Shown here: positions 10,794 through 19,926 of the stretch, one piece after another
How positions within the stretch are numbered: position 1 is the stretch's first letter
Layout of the letters: every line of letters begins with the position of its first letter
DNA from: an uncultured Oscillospiraceae bacterium
GTDB taxonomy: Bacteria; Bacillota; Clostridia; Oscillospirales; Acutalibacteraceae
Direction of reading: 5' to 3'
Length of the DNA stretch: 64,000 nt
NCBI GenBank assembly: GCA_948471205.1
Contig: CAOKRT010000001.1
Location: forward strand, 44,518 to 108,517
The notes under the pieces: model-generated
The model's database searches: none
What the model was told of the DNA's origin: nothing
The model's input: only the letters and a program-made list of their open reading frames with translations
Program-made: the position numbers and the translations under genes

Positions 10794-11669
10794 TCAACCA
10801 TTTATATTTTCTTTAACCTCATTCAAAAAAGCTGCAGCCGCCTTTGAAAATATCTGATATTTTTTCCAAACAAGATGCATGGAAATTTTTAATTCCGGTT
10901 TCAAAGGAATAAATCTGAATTTTTCATAGTTGGTAATCAGTCTGTCCAGTGTAAGGGCAAATCCCATTCCCTCATCAACCATTACGGAACCGTTGAAAAT
11001 CAGATTGCAGGTGGCAACAAAGTTCATTTTTTTGATTTTTGGACCGAACCAGTCGGACAGTTCATTGTTTCTGAAAACCTGCCTGGATATGATGATAGGT
11101 TTATTCAGTAAATCATCGGGTGTAATGTATTCTTTTTCTGCAATATTACTGTTTGCCTTAACAAGCAGTCCCCATGTGTCTTCAGCCGGCAGTTTCATAA
11201 AATCATATTTTGTTTTGTCAAAATCACCCAGTATAAGCCCAAAGTCAATTAAACCCTTGTCAAGCTTATAAAGCACGTCAACAGCATCGCCGCTTTCTAT
11301 ATTCAGCCGTACATCAGGGTGCTTGCTTTTCATTTTATTTGCGGCAGAAACAAGTGAACGTATGCCTTCTGTTTCGCCGGCACCAATATAAATATCACCT
11401 GAAATATATTCGTCTGAACTGCCGATTTCTGCTTCTGTTTTCTGTACAAGGTCAATAATTTCTTCTGCTCTTTTTCTGAGAAGAACACCGTCGTCTGTCA
11501 GTGTTATTTTTCTTTTTCCTCTTTCAAAAAGCTGTTTTCCAAGCTCCTCTTCAAGCTCTTTAAGCTGTCTTGAAAGCGTGGGCTGTGTTAAATGAAGATA
11601 TTTTGCCGCACCTGAAATGCTTTGTTCCCTTGCAACAGCCAGAAAGTATTCAAGAACTCGTATTTCCAT
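10794..11669 (-). CDS. LysR-family transcriptional regulator
   Basis: MEIRVLEYFLAVAREQSISGAAKYLHLTQPTLSRQLKELEEELG is a typical LysR HTH N-terminus. I place the start at ATG 11669 (residue 70 of the track ORF). The 69-aa upstream extension is hydrophobic nonsense and overlaps the divergent promoter. Confidence 0.9.
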   Translation of the reverse strand: MEIRVLEYFLAVAREQSISGAAKYLHLTQPTLSRQLKELEEELGKQLFERGKRKITLTDDGVLLRKRAEEIIDLVQKTEAEIGSSDEYISGDIYIGAGETEGIRSLVSAANKMKSKHPDVRLNIESGDAVDVLYKLDKGLIDFGLILGDFDKTKYDFMKLPAEDTWGLLVKANSNIAEKEYITPDDLLNKPIIISRQVFRNNELSDWFGPKIKKMNFVATCNLIFNGSVMVDEGMGFALTLDRLITNYEKFRFIPLKPELKISMHLVWKKYQIFSKAAAAFLNEVKENING

Positions 11670-11686
11670 ATATATCACCGTAATAA

Positions 11687-11721
11687 GCATAGCTGTTTTT
11701 ATTATGCCTGTCAAGCATAAT
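11687..11721. promoter_or_regulatory. putative LysR-type operator (GCATA/TATGC half-site array)
   Basis: GCATA (11687-11691), N11, TATGC (11703-11707), N7, GCATA (11715-11719). This includes the perfect inverted repeat ATTATGC-N7-GCATAAT (11701-11721), which has the T-N11-A architecture. It lies just upstream of the -35 of the divergent promoter. Confidence 0.55.
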
Positions 11722-11741
11722 ATGTCATTCAATATAGGTAT

Positions 11742-11770
11742 TTGCAATTGCAGATACGGCGCTATATTAT
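11742..11770 (+). promoter_or_regulatory. promoter of the small-ORF/DUF3737/cupin operon
   Basis: TTGCAA (11742-11747), a 17-nt spacer, then TATTAT (11765-11770). Confidence 0.55.
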
Positions 11771-11801
11771 GTAAGTGAAAGAAAAATGCGGTGAATGATA
11801 T

Positions 11802-12032
11802 ATGGGCTATTTGGAAAACGAAACGGCAATCAGGCAAAATCTGAAGGACGCCGGCTGCTGTGAAAAGCAGATTCATGATTTAATCAATGAAATGAAAAAC
11901 GGAAACAGGGATATTTGGCAGAAAAAATTATCGGCACACCGTTGCTGTTTGCTGGACGAACTGCATAAAGAACAGCGCTGTATCGATTGTCTTGATTATT
12001 TTTTATATATGGTTGAAAAGGAGAATGAATGA
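11802..12032 (+). CDS. small Cys-rich hypothetical protein (76 aa)
   Basis: GGTGA Shine-Dalgarno 7 nt upstream. Six Cys residues arranged CC...CC...CxxC. Its stop overlaps the next start (ATGA), implying translational coupling. Confidence 0.6.
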   Translation: MGYLENETAIRQNLKDAGCCEKQIHDLINEMKNGNRDIWQKKLSAHRCCLLDELHKEQRCIDCLDYFLYMVEKENE

Positions 12033-12892
12033 AATATTTAAACTTTATTGAAAATAAAAACTTTGATGAAGAAAGGGCGTTATACGGTTGTGAAAATTTG
12101 TCGGTAAGCCAATGTTTGTTTGACGGTCCGGCCGACGGTGAAAGCGCTTTTAAAGAATGTGAAAATATTTTGGCAAAAAACTGTTTTTTTAATCTTCGTT
12201 ATCCGTTTTGGCATAATAGCGAAGTAAAAATAAGAAATTGTGAATTAACCGAAAACTGCCGTGCGGCACTTTGGTATTCAAATAATATTGAAATAGAAAA
12301 CACAAAACTTTACGGCATAAAAGCATTAAGGGAATGCCGCAATGCAAAGCTGTTTGACTGCGATATAAATTCATCTGAATTCGGTTGGTTTTCAAAAAAC
12401 ATCATTATGAATGACTGTACTGCGCAAAGTGAATATTTTATGATGTATGCTGAAAATATAACCTTTGAAAATATTACTTTCAGCGGTAAATATTCATTTC
12501 AGTATATAAAAAATTCTGTATTTGACAATTGTATTTTCAATACAAAAGATGCTTTCTGGCATGCAGAGAATGTTATTGTAAAAAACAGTGTGGTTAATGG
12601 CGAATATCTTGCTTGGTACAGTAAAAATGTTACCTTTGAAAACTGCAAAATAACGGGAACACAGCCGCTGTGCTATTGTAAAAATCTGAAATTGATCAAC
12701 TGCAAAATGGTTGATACGGATTTGTGCTTTGAAAAATCAGATGTGGAAGCAGTTCTTACAACGCATGTAATCAGTATTAAAAATCCTTGCAGCGGGCATA
12801 TTGTGCTTCCGTATGCAGATACAGTTATTATGGATGATGAAAGCGCAAAAGCAGTAATATGCGAAAAAAACAAGTGCTGTAGCTGTGCTTAG
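12029..12892 (+). CDS. DUF3737-like parallel beta-helix repeat protein
   Basis: 287 aa with a periodic repeat of roughly 20-22 residues: N-x-x-hydrophobic-x-N/D-C. The N-terminal EERALYG...GESAFKE...RYPFWH matches my recollection of the DUF3737 family. C-terminal CCSC. Confidence 0.6.
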   Translation: MKYLNFIENKNFDEERALYGCENLSVSQCLFDGPADGESAFKECENILAKNCFFNLRYPFWHNSEVKIRNCELTENCRAALWYSNNIEIENTKLYGIKALRECRNAKLFDCDINSSEFGWFSKNIIMNDCTAQSEYFMMYAENITFENITFSGKYSFQYIKNSVFDNCIFNTKDAFWHAENVIVKNSVVNGEYLAWYSKNVTFENCKITGTQPLCYCKNLKLINCKMVDTDLCFEKSDVEAVLTTHVISIKNPCSGHIVLPYADTVIMDDESAKAVICEKNKCCSCA

Positions 12893-12926
12893 AATTATAT
12901 TATTTAATACAAAGGAAGGAAATGTT

Positions 12927-13412
12927 ATGGTAAAACAAACGGCCGGAAAAGATGCGTTGGGTGATTTTGCACCGGAATTTACGCGGCTGAATGACGATAT
13001 ATGTGCAGAAGAACACGGCGGTATGTTTGGAATGGGTAAGCCGAATACAGCTTTTTCGCAGTATTTTACAGGGAATTCCTATTTGAAGCCGCTGGCTAAG
13101 GCAGAAACTGTATTTCTTGCCAATGTAACCTTTGAACCCGGCTGCCGCAACAACTGGCATATTCATAAGGCTGAAAAAGGCGGCGGACAGATTCTGATTT
13201 GCGTTGAAGGGAAAGGCTGGTATCAGGAATACGGCAGGCCTGCGAAAAGTATTAAAGCTGGTGATGTTATAACCGTTCCTGCAAATGTTAAGCATTGGCA
13301 CGGTGCAAAGCGTAACTGCTGGTTCAGCCATATTGCTGTTGAACCTGCAGGCGAAGGCACTTCTAATGAGTGGTGTGAACCTGTTTCCGATTCAGAATAT
13401 AATTGTTTATAA
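12927..13412 (+). CDS. cupin-domain protein with a carboxymuconolactone-decarboxylase-like N-terminal remnant
   Basis: The cupin core is NVTFEPGCRNNWHIH...GGGQILICVEG...PANVKHWHGA...WFSHIAV. I place the start at ATG 12927, after AAGGAAGGA. The first ~25 aa (KQTAGKDALGDFAPEFTRLNDDI) resemble the N-terminus of CMD-family proteins. Confidence 0.75.
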   Translation: MVKQTAGKDALGDFAPEFTRLNDDICAEEHGGMFGMGKPNTAFSQYFTGNSYLKPLAKAETVFLANVTFEPGCRNNWHIHKAEKGGGQILICVEGKGWYQEYGRPAKSIKAGDVITVPANVKHWHGAKRNCWFSHIAVEPAGEGTSNEWCEPVSDSEYNCL

Positions 13413-13428
13413 AATATAAAATAAAAGA

Positions 13429-13485
13429 GCCGCAACGGCTGCTGCTGATATTTTTCAGAACAGTTGTTGCGGCATAACTTTTTTC
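13429..13485 (+). terminator. possible terminator after the cupin gene
   Basis: GCCGCAAC (13429-13436) pairs with GTTGCGGC (13466-13473), followed by a T-rich stretch (13479-13484). The 29-nt loop is long, so this call is weak. Confidence 0.35.
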
Positions 13486-13541
13486 TGTTGTATTTTACCT
13501 GGTTATTTGTTACAATCAGAATGAAATCATTATTTGGTTCA

Positions 13542-14348
13542 TCAGTTCATTCTTTTTCTGTATTCAGAAGGCGAAAGCAGGGTTATACGCTTGAATTCGG
13601 ATGAAAAATAATTTTGGTCCGAAAATGCAAGAATTTGTGAAATTTCGCTTATCGGCTTTCTTGTGTTGCTTAAATACAGTTTTGCAACATCAATTTTTCT
13701 TTCAAGATAATAATGATAAGGTGTTAAACCGTAAGCTTCTTTAAAAACCCGTGTAAGCTGATTTTTTGAATAGTTGAAAACAGAAGAAAGTTCTTCTATT
13801 GTCAATTTTTTTTCAACATTTGCATCAATATATTTCTGAAGCTGTTCGGCAAGTGTAGCTTTATTATTGCATATAGAATTTCTTATCTGAATAATCATTC
13901 TGTGCAGAATAACGGCAACCTCATCAATAAGTGCACCGTAATTATCTGCACGGTTATTTTTTATTCTGTCTATTTCTTTAAAAAAAGGAAGAAGATTGCA
14001 GTTTTCAAAGCAATATTCGTTTTCGGGTAGATACATTTTTATCAGGTTTTCCGCCAGTTCGCCGTCAAAAACAATCCATTCCTTTTCTGCGTATTCATTT
14101 TTGCCGCAGTAATATTCGTGGCGGCTGTTTTTGGTTAAAAGTACGGCGCAATTCTTTTTTGGTGTATATTCTTTGGAATTGATTTTAAGCGACTGACTGC
14201 CTTTCGTTATGTATTCAACAGCCATAATGCGCGAATTTTTTCGGCATACATAATACGAACTGTCGCATTCGGTTTTTCCGATAACCATTACATTCAGGGG
14301 ATAATCCCTGTTATAAAATTTCCAAAAGTTTACCGCTTCATTCTTCAT
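13542..14348 (-). CDS. AraC-family transcriptional regulator
   Basis: C-terminal double HTH (LTIEELSSVFNYSKNQLTRVFKEAYGLTPYHYYLERKI...ISEISQILAFSDQNYFSSEFKR) with an N-terminal cupin-like sensor. Divergent from the GH36 gene. Confidence 0.88.
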   Translation of the reverse strand: MKNEAVNFWKFYNRDYPLNVMVIGKTECDSSYYVCRKNSRIMAVEYITKGSQSLKINSKEYTPKKNCAVLLTKNSRHEYYCGKNEYAEKEWIVFDGELAENLIKMYLPENEYCFENCNLLPFFKEIDRIKNNRADNYGALIDEVAVILHRMIIQIRNSICNNKATLAEQLQKYIDANVEKKLTIEELSSVFNYSKNQLTRVFKEAYGLTPYHYYLERKIDVAKLYLSNTRKPISEISQILAFSDQNYFSSEFKRITLLSPSEYRKRMN

Positions 14349-14456
14349 GGTGCTATTCCTAAGATATAATGTTATTTATTTCATATATTAATGGATTTTT
14401 GTGTGATATAATACTAACATATAATTCATCCTTTTTCAACAATCATGGGGGAAATT

Positions 14457-16118
14457 ATGTTTTCTTATTATATTGAATATTCAGCAAACGGAAAGAATTT
14501 TAAAACTTCTTCCGGTAAAAATGCGCATTTTGAAATCATAAGCTGTTTTAAGGACGGCAGATTTACCGCAGATATAAAAACGTTCTGCAAAATAGAATTT
14601 AAAAAATTTCAGGTTCTTTTTCCTTACCGCTTTCATAAGAATCAGTATGTTTTTATTAACGGTTATCAGTCCTGGACGGAAAGCAGGGAATATTCCGTAA
14701 ATGAAAAAATGTCTGATTTTTCAAGAATAAAAGAAATGATTGTAAAAAGCCCGTTTAATTCCAAAAGCGGAATGGGAAGGGCAGGCGATGTTTTCTTCTG
14801 TCATTATCCAAGAAAAAAAGGTGTTTTTTACAGCTATTCCTACGGATATGTAAGGGAAAACGATAAAATTGATTTGTTTGCATCATTAAGTGAGCGCAGT
14901 GGCTATACAATTGTAAGATTTCATGCAAAAAAATCGCAGGTTACAGCCGAAAAGGATTTTGACGGTGTTGTTTTTAACGGTACGGCAAGACTGATGGATT
15001 TTGTTCACCTGTGCGGCGAATATGAAACAACATTTGATAAATGGTTTGCTTTCATGAATATCAAAAGCCGTTTAACAGAAAAAAAGTGCGGCTATACCAC
15101 ATGGTATAATTATTACAGAAATATCAATGAAAGCATTGTAAGCCGTGATTTGGAATCCTTGAGCAAACTGCCCGAAAAGGTTGATGTTTTTCAGATTGAC
15201 GACGGTTATCAGAAAAGCATAGGTGACTGGCTTCATACAGATGAAAGCAAATTTTCGGGCGGCATGAAGAAGATTGCGGATGAAATACATAAAAAGAATA
15301 TGCTTGCGGGATTATGGCTTGCACCGTTTGCCGCCTCAAAGGATTCATTCATTTACAAACAGCATAAGGATTGGCTTATAAGGGATGAAAAAGGGAATTT
15401 TTATCCTGCAGGAGCCAACTGGGGCGGATTTTATGCAATAGATTTTTATAATGAAGAAGCTGCAGAATATATAAAAACCGTATTTAAAACCATTTTGAAT
15501 GAATGGGGATACGATATGGTTAAGCTTGATTTTCTTTATGCAGCCTGTGTTATGCCCGTTCATAATAAAAGCAGAGGTCAAATCATGTGTGAAGCAATGG
15601 ATTTTATACGTGAATGTGTGGGCGATAAATTGGTTTTGGGCTGCGGCGTTCCGCTTATGCCGTGTTTCGGAAAGGTTGATTTTTGCCGTATCGGCGCAGA
15701 TGTGGCGCTTGACTGGAAATATAATAAATTTGCAATACGGGAAGATGTCAGTATTCCGACCACCGTTAACTGTTCTGTTTTCAGCCGCCATTTGGATAAA
15801 AGAGCTTTTTTAAATGACCCGGATGTTTTTTTGCTGCGTGACGATAATATAAATCTTGATTTTAGCAGACGAAAGCTGCTGGCACAGATAAACAGTATTT
15901 TCGGCAGCCTTTTATTTGTTTCGGATAATGTTTCACAATACAGTAAAGAGCAGATAAAGGTGTTTTCCGAAACAGTAAAAAAATCGGATATCCGTGTTCT
16001 TAAAGCAGAATACTGCAGCAAGAATATTATTTATACAGAATATTTATTAAACGGAGAAAAGAAAACTTTGGTTTTCAATTATAAAAAAGGGAAAAAATTG
16101 TCTGTCAGTGAATTATGA
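14457..16118 (+). CDS. alpha-galactosidase, GH36-like
   Basis: CGYTTWYNYY...FQIDDGYQ...GDW...GLWLAPF...MVKLDFLY is the melibiase/GH36 catalytic-barrel pattern. I place the start at ATG 14457, behind the GGGGGAA Shine-Dalgarno. Confidence 0.8.
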   Translation: MFSYYIEYSANGKNFKTSSGKNAHFEIISCFKDGRFTADIKTFCKIEFKKFQVLFPYRFHKNQYVFINGYQSWTESREYSVNEKMSDFSRIKEMIVKSPFNSKSGMGRAGDVFFCHYPRKKGVFYSYSYGYVRENDKIDLFASLSERSGYTIVRFHAKKSQVTAEKDFDGVVFNGTARLMDFVHLCGEYETTFDKWFAFMNIKSRLTEKKCGYTTWYNYYRNINESIVSRDLESLSKLPEKVDVFQIDDGYQKSIGDWLHTDESKFSGGMKKIADEIHKKNMLAGLWLAPFAASKDSFIYKQHKDWLIRDEKGNFYPAGANWGGFYAIDFYNEEAAEYIKTVFKTILNEWGYDMVKLDFLYAACVMPVHNKSRGQIMCEAMDFIRECVGDKLVLGCGVPLMPCFGKVDFCRIGADVALDWKYNKFAIREDVSIPTTVNCSVFSRHLDKRAFLNDPDVFLLRDDNINLDFSRRKLLAQINSIFGSLLFVSDNVSQYSKEQIKVFSETVKKSDIRVLKAEYCSKNIIYTEYLLNGEKKTLVFNYKKGKKLSVSEL

Positions 16119-16167
16119 TTCAAAGCGGATTATATTTTATTGCTGGCATTGAGAGGGGTAAATTTTT

Positions 16168-17613
16168 ATGCAAAAAAAACTCAAGGACATTCCTGATTTA
16201 ATCATGGGTGTACAGAAAGAAATCAAAACACACTGGAAAACACCGCCTGAAGGAAAATACATTTCCTACAGTGAATTTTCTGCCTACAGTGTAGGCGGAA
16301 TCGGCGTAAACACAATTAACTCACTTTTCGGCTATGTTGCACTGAATGCCAACTGCCTTCTTATGGGTTCGGCATACGGTATTAAGCCAACACATCTTGC
16401 ATGGCTTAATATAATAATGGGCATTATCAATCTTTTGAAAACGCCGTTTATCAGCATGCTTATTGACAATACAAATTCAAAATGGGGCAAATTCCGTCCT
16501 TATCTTCTTTATACGGGAATTCCCACTGCCGTGCTGCTTTGCGGAATGGCCTTTATGCCGAATGAAATAAACTATTGGGCAAAAGTGGCTATGATAGGTG
16601 TTACATATTCTGTGCTTATGATTTTTCAGGCACTGTATGCACTTGCATTTACAAGTCTTGCACAGGTGCTTACACCGAACGGAGAGGAAAGAACATCACT
16701 GCTTTCCGTAAGCATGTTTATTTACAGCCTCGGTCCGTCAATTGTGAATATGCTTCTTCCTATTCTTGCCGGACTGACAGGCGGAATGACAGATTTTAAA
16801 ACATACAGAATCTATTTTCCCATTTTTTCCATTGTGGGCATTATTTTAAGTTTTATAACATTTAAAGGTACAAAGGAGAAAATTGTTGTTCCCAAGAATT
16901 ATGTTGCAAAGGTAAAATTCTCGGAAGGAATCAAGCAGGTATCAAAAAATAAGTATTTCTGGCTTATAAATATTCATTCGGTTTTAAGCGGTTTGAAATA
17001 TGGAATAGGCTCTATTTTAGGATGGTATTGTATTTATCAGCTAAAAAGCGATGCAATGCTCGGCATTATGAACACGGTTATCGGCACAGCATCTGTTCCG
17101 TTAATGCTTTTGGCGCCTCTGCTTGCCAAAAAGCTTGGAAAACGAAATGTTTTAATATGGACAAATCTGCTTCGCGCAGTATTTTCCGTTATAATGCTGT
17201 TTACAATGAATTCATCGTTTATGTTTATTGCGTGCCTGTATCTTGCAACGCTTATGTTGGGCGGCGACAGTGTTATTACATCTTCAATGACTGCGGAAAT
17301 TTTTGACTATCAGCAGTGGAAAACAGGTACCCGCCTGGAAGGCTTTATTACACAGTTCGGCGGAATGATTACCACCTTTGCAGGTATGTTTACAGGTTTG
17401 ATTATTCCGTATTTCTATGAACATTACGGACTGCAGGAGGATTATAATGTACTTTATGATTCTGCTGTAAGAACGCCGATATTCAATATTCTTATTATAA
17501 CAACCATTATAAGCTGCATTATCTGTATCATTCCGATAATTTTCTATGATCTTAAAGAAAAGGATCACCAAAAAATTATAGAAGAGCTGAAGGAGCGTGC
17601 AAATGAAGAATAA
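16168..17613 (+). CDS. GPH-family sugar:cation symporter (MFS)
   Basis: About 12 TM segments, a GKFRPY motif, and paralogy to the 1-1557 and 34688-36157 genes. Follows the alpha-galactosidase gene. Confidence 0.88.
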   Translation: MQKKLKDIPDLIMGVQKEIKTHWKTPPEGKYISYSEFSAYSVGGIGVNTINSLFGYVALNANCLLMGSAYGIKPTHLAWLNIIMGIINLLKTPFISMLIDNTNSKWGKFRPYLLYTGIPTAVLLCGMAFMPNEINYWAKVAMIGVTYSVLMIFQALYALAFTSLAQVLTPNGEERTSLLSVSMFIYSLGPSIVNMLLPILAGLTGGMTDFKTYRIYFPIFSIVGIILSFITFKGTKEKIVVPKNYVAKVKFSEGIKQVSKNKYFWLINIHSVLSGLKYGIGSILGWYCIYQLKSDAMLGIMNTVIGTASVPLMLLAPLLAKKLGKRNVLIWTNLLRAVFSVIMLFTMNSSFMFIACLYLATLMLGGDSVITSSMTAEIFDYQQWKTGTRLEGFITQFGGMITTFAGMFTGLIIPYFYEHYGLQEDYNVLYDSAVRTPIFNILIITTIISCIICIIPIIFYDLKEKDHQKIIEELKERANEE

Positions 17614-18938
17614 TTATGCTGATAAGTTTTATGAATTTCGCAATTTAACTTTGAAGCCTGTTAATTTTGCTTCCTGGGCAATGCCTAAAAAAATGAACTC
17701 AATATATCACGAACAAGATTTTTAAATGAAGATAATGAAGTGGTATGGAATATTAAGAAGGACGGCAGAAATGCGGCTGATCATATTGAAATGTCGGGCT
17801 TTTATGCATCAGCCATAATCAGCTACGGCAATGATAAAGCCGGCAGAATTCGTTTAATGAAGCAGGTATTGATCAAAGCATAAACTGCTATTCGCTTTAT
17901 GAAAATTATATGGATAAATCGGAATCGCCTATGAAAGATAAAACCGCGCTTGTTACAAGTATTATTTCAGAAGGAACAGATTACTGGAACGGTGCAGGAG
18001 ACAGAGGCGACGGCGAGATGTATGCCTACGGAATTTCAAGATTTCTGCTTGAAATGAGTGATGTAAGCCTTATAAAGCACTTCTGGAGCAGTCTTGTCTG
18101 GTGTCTTGATTTTGCGCTTTCACGCAAAAACGCAAACGGTGTTATTGCAAGCGATTCGGATGAACTTGAAAACAGATTTGAATCAGGCAATGCAAACCTG
18201 TTTACCTCCTGCATTACATATGATGCGCTTGGAAATGCCGCCGTTCTTGCAGACGCAATAGGCGATGATTCACACAAAGAGCAGTGGCTGAGAGAAAGAG
18301 AGCAGTTGAAATTAAATATCGAAACATTTTTCGGTGCAAATGTGGAAGGTTTTGATACATACAGATATTATGATGGTAATAACGAGCTTCGCTCATGGAT
18401 ATGCATGCCGCTTACTGTAGATATTTTCGACAGAACGGAAGAAACGGTTAAAGCGCTTTTTTCGCCCAAGCTGTATATAAACGGGCTTCTGAAATCTACT
18501 TCGGCAAATGATACAACGTGGGACAGATCGCTTCTTTTTGCACTCAGGGGTGTTTTTCTTGCGGGAAAAGCAGAAAAAGGTATAGAGGAAACAATCAATT
18601 ATTGCAAAAACAGATTGCTTGGTTCGCACTGTCCGTATCCTTTTGAAGCATATCCCGAAGGAAATATGGCGCATCTTGCAGCGGAAAGCCTGCTGTTTGC
18701 CAGAATTATCACAGAGGGTTTATTCGGTCTTAAAGCGGTTGGCTTGAATAAATTAAGAATAAAACCTCAGTTATCAAAGAAATGCTCCAATCTATGTTTG
18801 AAAGGCATTAAATTGTTTTCAAAGAACTTTGACATCCGGGCAGATGAAAGCGGTGTGGAAATTTCTTATAACGGTGAACTTTATAAAACGGATTTATCTG
18901 AAGCTGTATTTGATTTTAACCGTTGTATATTTGAATAA
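17603..18938 (+). pseudogene. decayed (alpha/alpha)6-type glycoside hydrolase gene (frameshifts plus internal deletion)
   Basis: A coupled start (GAAGGAG, then ATG 17603) opens a 40-codon ORF ending at TAA 17723-17725. A second frame continues with LNEDNEVVWNIKKDGRNAADHIEMSGFYASAIISYGNDKAGRIRLMKQV and then stops. A third frame, open from about 17843, carries the 342-aa C-terminal ORF (17910-18938) with six-hairpin-like content. An A7 run lies at 17684-17690. Confidence 0.65.
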
Positions 18939-18989
18939 TGCAAAAGAGTCTGTTCGGCTGAACAGACTCTTTATTATGTAATCAGAATG

Positions 18990-19823
18990 TTAATTGTTTT
19001 CCATATTTCTTACTTCAGTCGGTGTTTGTTTGAATGTTTTTTTAAATTCGTTAGAAAAGTGATAGGATGAACTGAAGCAAAGCAGTTCCGATATTCTGTT
19101 TATCGGTGTGGAGGTTTGCACAAGCAAACGGTATCCTTCCTCCATTTTCTTTTTAATGATATACTGTTTTGGTGATATTTTCAGTTCTTTTGAAAAAATT
19201 TGATGAAGCCGCCTTGGTGTAATTCCGAAAAACAGTGAAACATCGTTTACGGTTACTTTATCGTAAACCTTCTGCAGAATAAAAGCGCATATATCGTCAA
19301 TAAGGCGGTTCCCCTGATCGGATTTTATTTTTTGTATATCTATTTTATTAGCTTCACAAACCGTATAAAAATAATTCAGGAAAAGTGCATTTATATAATT
19401 TGTGTTTTCGGTAATATTGCTTATTGAAAGAAAACGGTCAAAACAGGCTTCTTCTGTTTCGCTGTTTTTGGAAGAATATATTTTATTTAGTTCAAATTCA
19501 CTGCCGTTTTCCGATAAGAAATTCACCCATCTGTAGCCCCATATATTAGAAAGGCTGTTATATTTAAATATATCATAAAACTTAACAAAAACATATTCAT
19601 TTTCATTCAGAATAATGGTATGATTGTGCAGATATATTTTTCCTTTTCCTGCTGTGCACCGTATAAATGCGGTTGTTTCAGGTGCTCTTAAAGCTTTTTC
19701 ATCGTCTGTGCAGATATGTAGATATTTTTTATCGGCAAGTATTTTGTAAGCACTGGTAACAGTTGGTGTAAAGGGTTCTGCCTTGCCGGCATTTCCCACA
19801 TATACAGAATAACTTTGATACAT
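18990..19823 (-). CDS. AraC-family transcriptional regulator
   Basis: C-terminal AraC HTH pair (VTVNDVSLFFGITPRRLHQIFSKELKISPKQYIIKKKM...INRISELLCFSSSYHFSNEFKK). Divergent from the 803-aa gene. Confidence 0.88.
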   Translation of the reverse strand: MYQSYSVYVGNAGKAEPFTPTVTSAYKILADKKYLHICTDDEKALRAPETTAFIRCTAGKGKIYLHNHTIILNENEYVFVKFYDIFKYNSLSNIWGYRWVNFLSENGSEFELNKIYSSKNSETEEACFDRFLSISNITENTNYINALFLNYFYTVCEANKIDIQKIKSDQGNRLIDDICAFILQKVYDKVTVNDVSLFFGITPRRLHQIFSKELKISPKQYIIKKKMEEGYRLLVQTSTPINRISELLCFSSSYHFSNEFKKTFKQTPTEVRNMENN

Positions 19824-19926
19824 AAAATTAACCTTATTTCCGATTTTTGTATTTATTATACTGTATTTTGAATTTAATTACAATCGTATTTATAATATAA
19901 TTTATTTATGGTAAAGGGGTGTTTTT

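Noticed and set aside
11670-11876. N-terminal 69-aa extension of the LysR ORF in the track
   Set aside because: The extension precedes the conserved MEIRVLEYF LysR start. It is hydrophobic nonsense, overlaps the divergent promoter and operator, and overlaps the start of the 76-aa gene.
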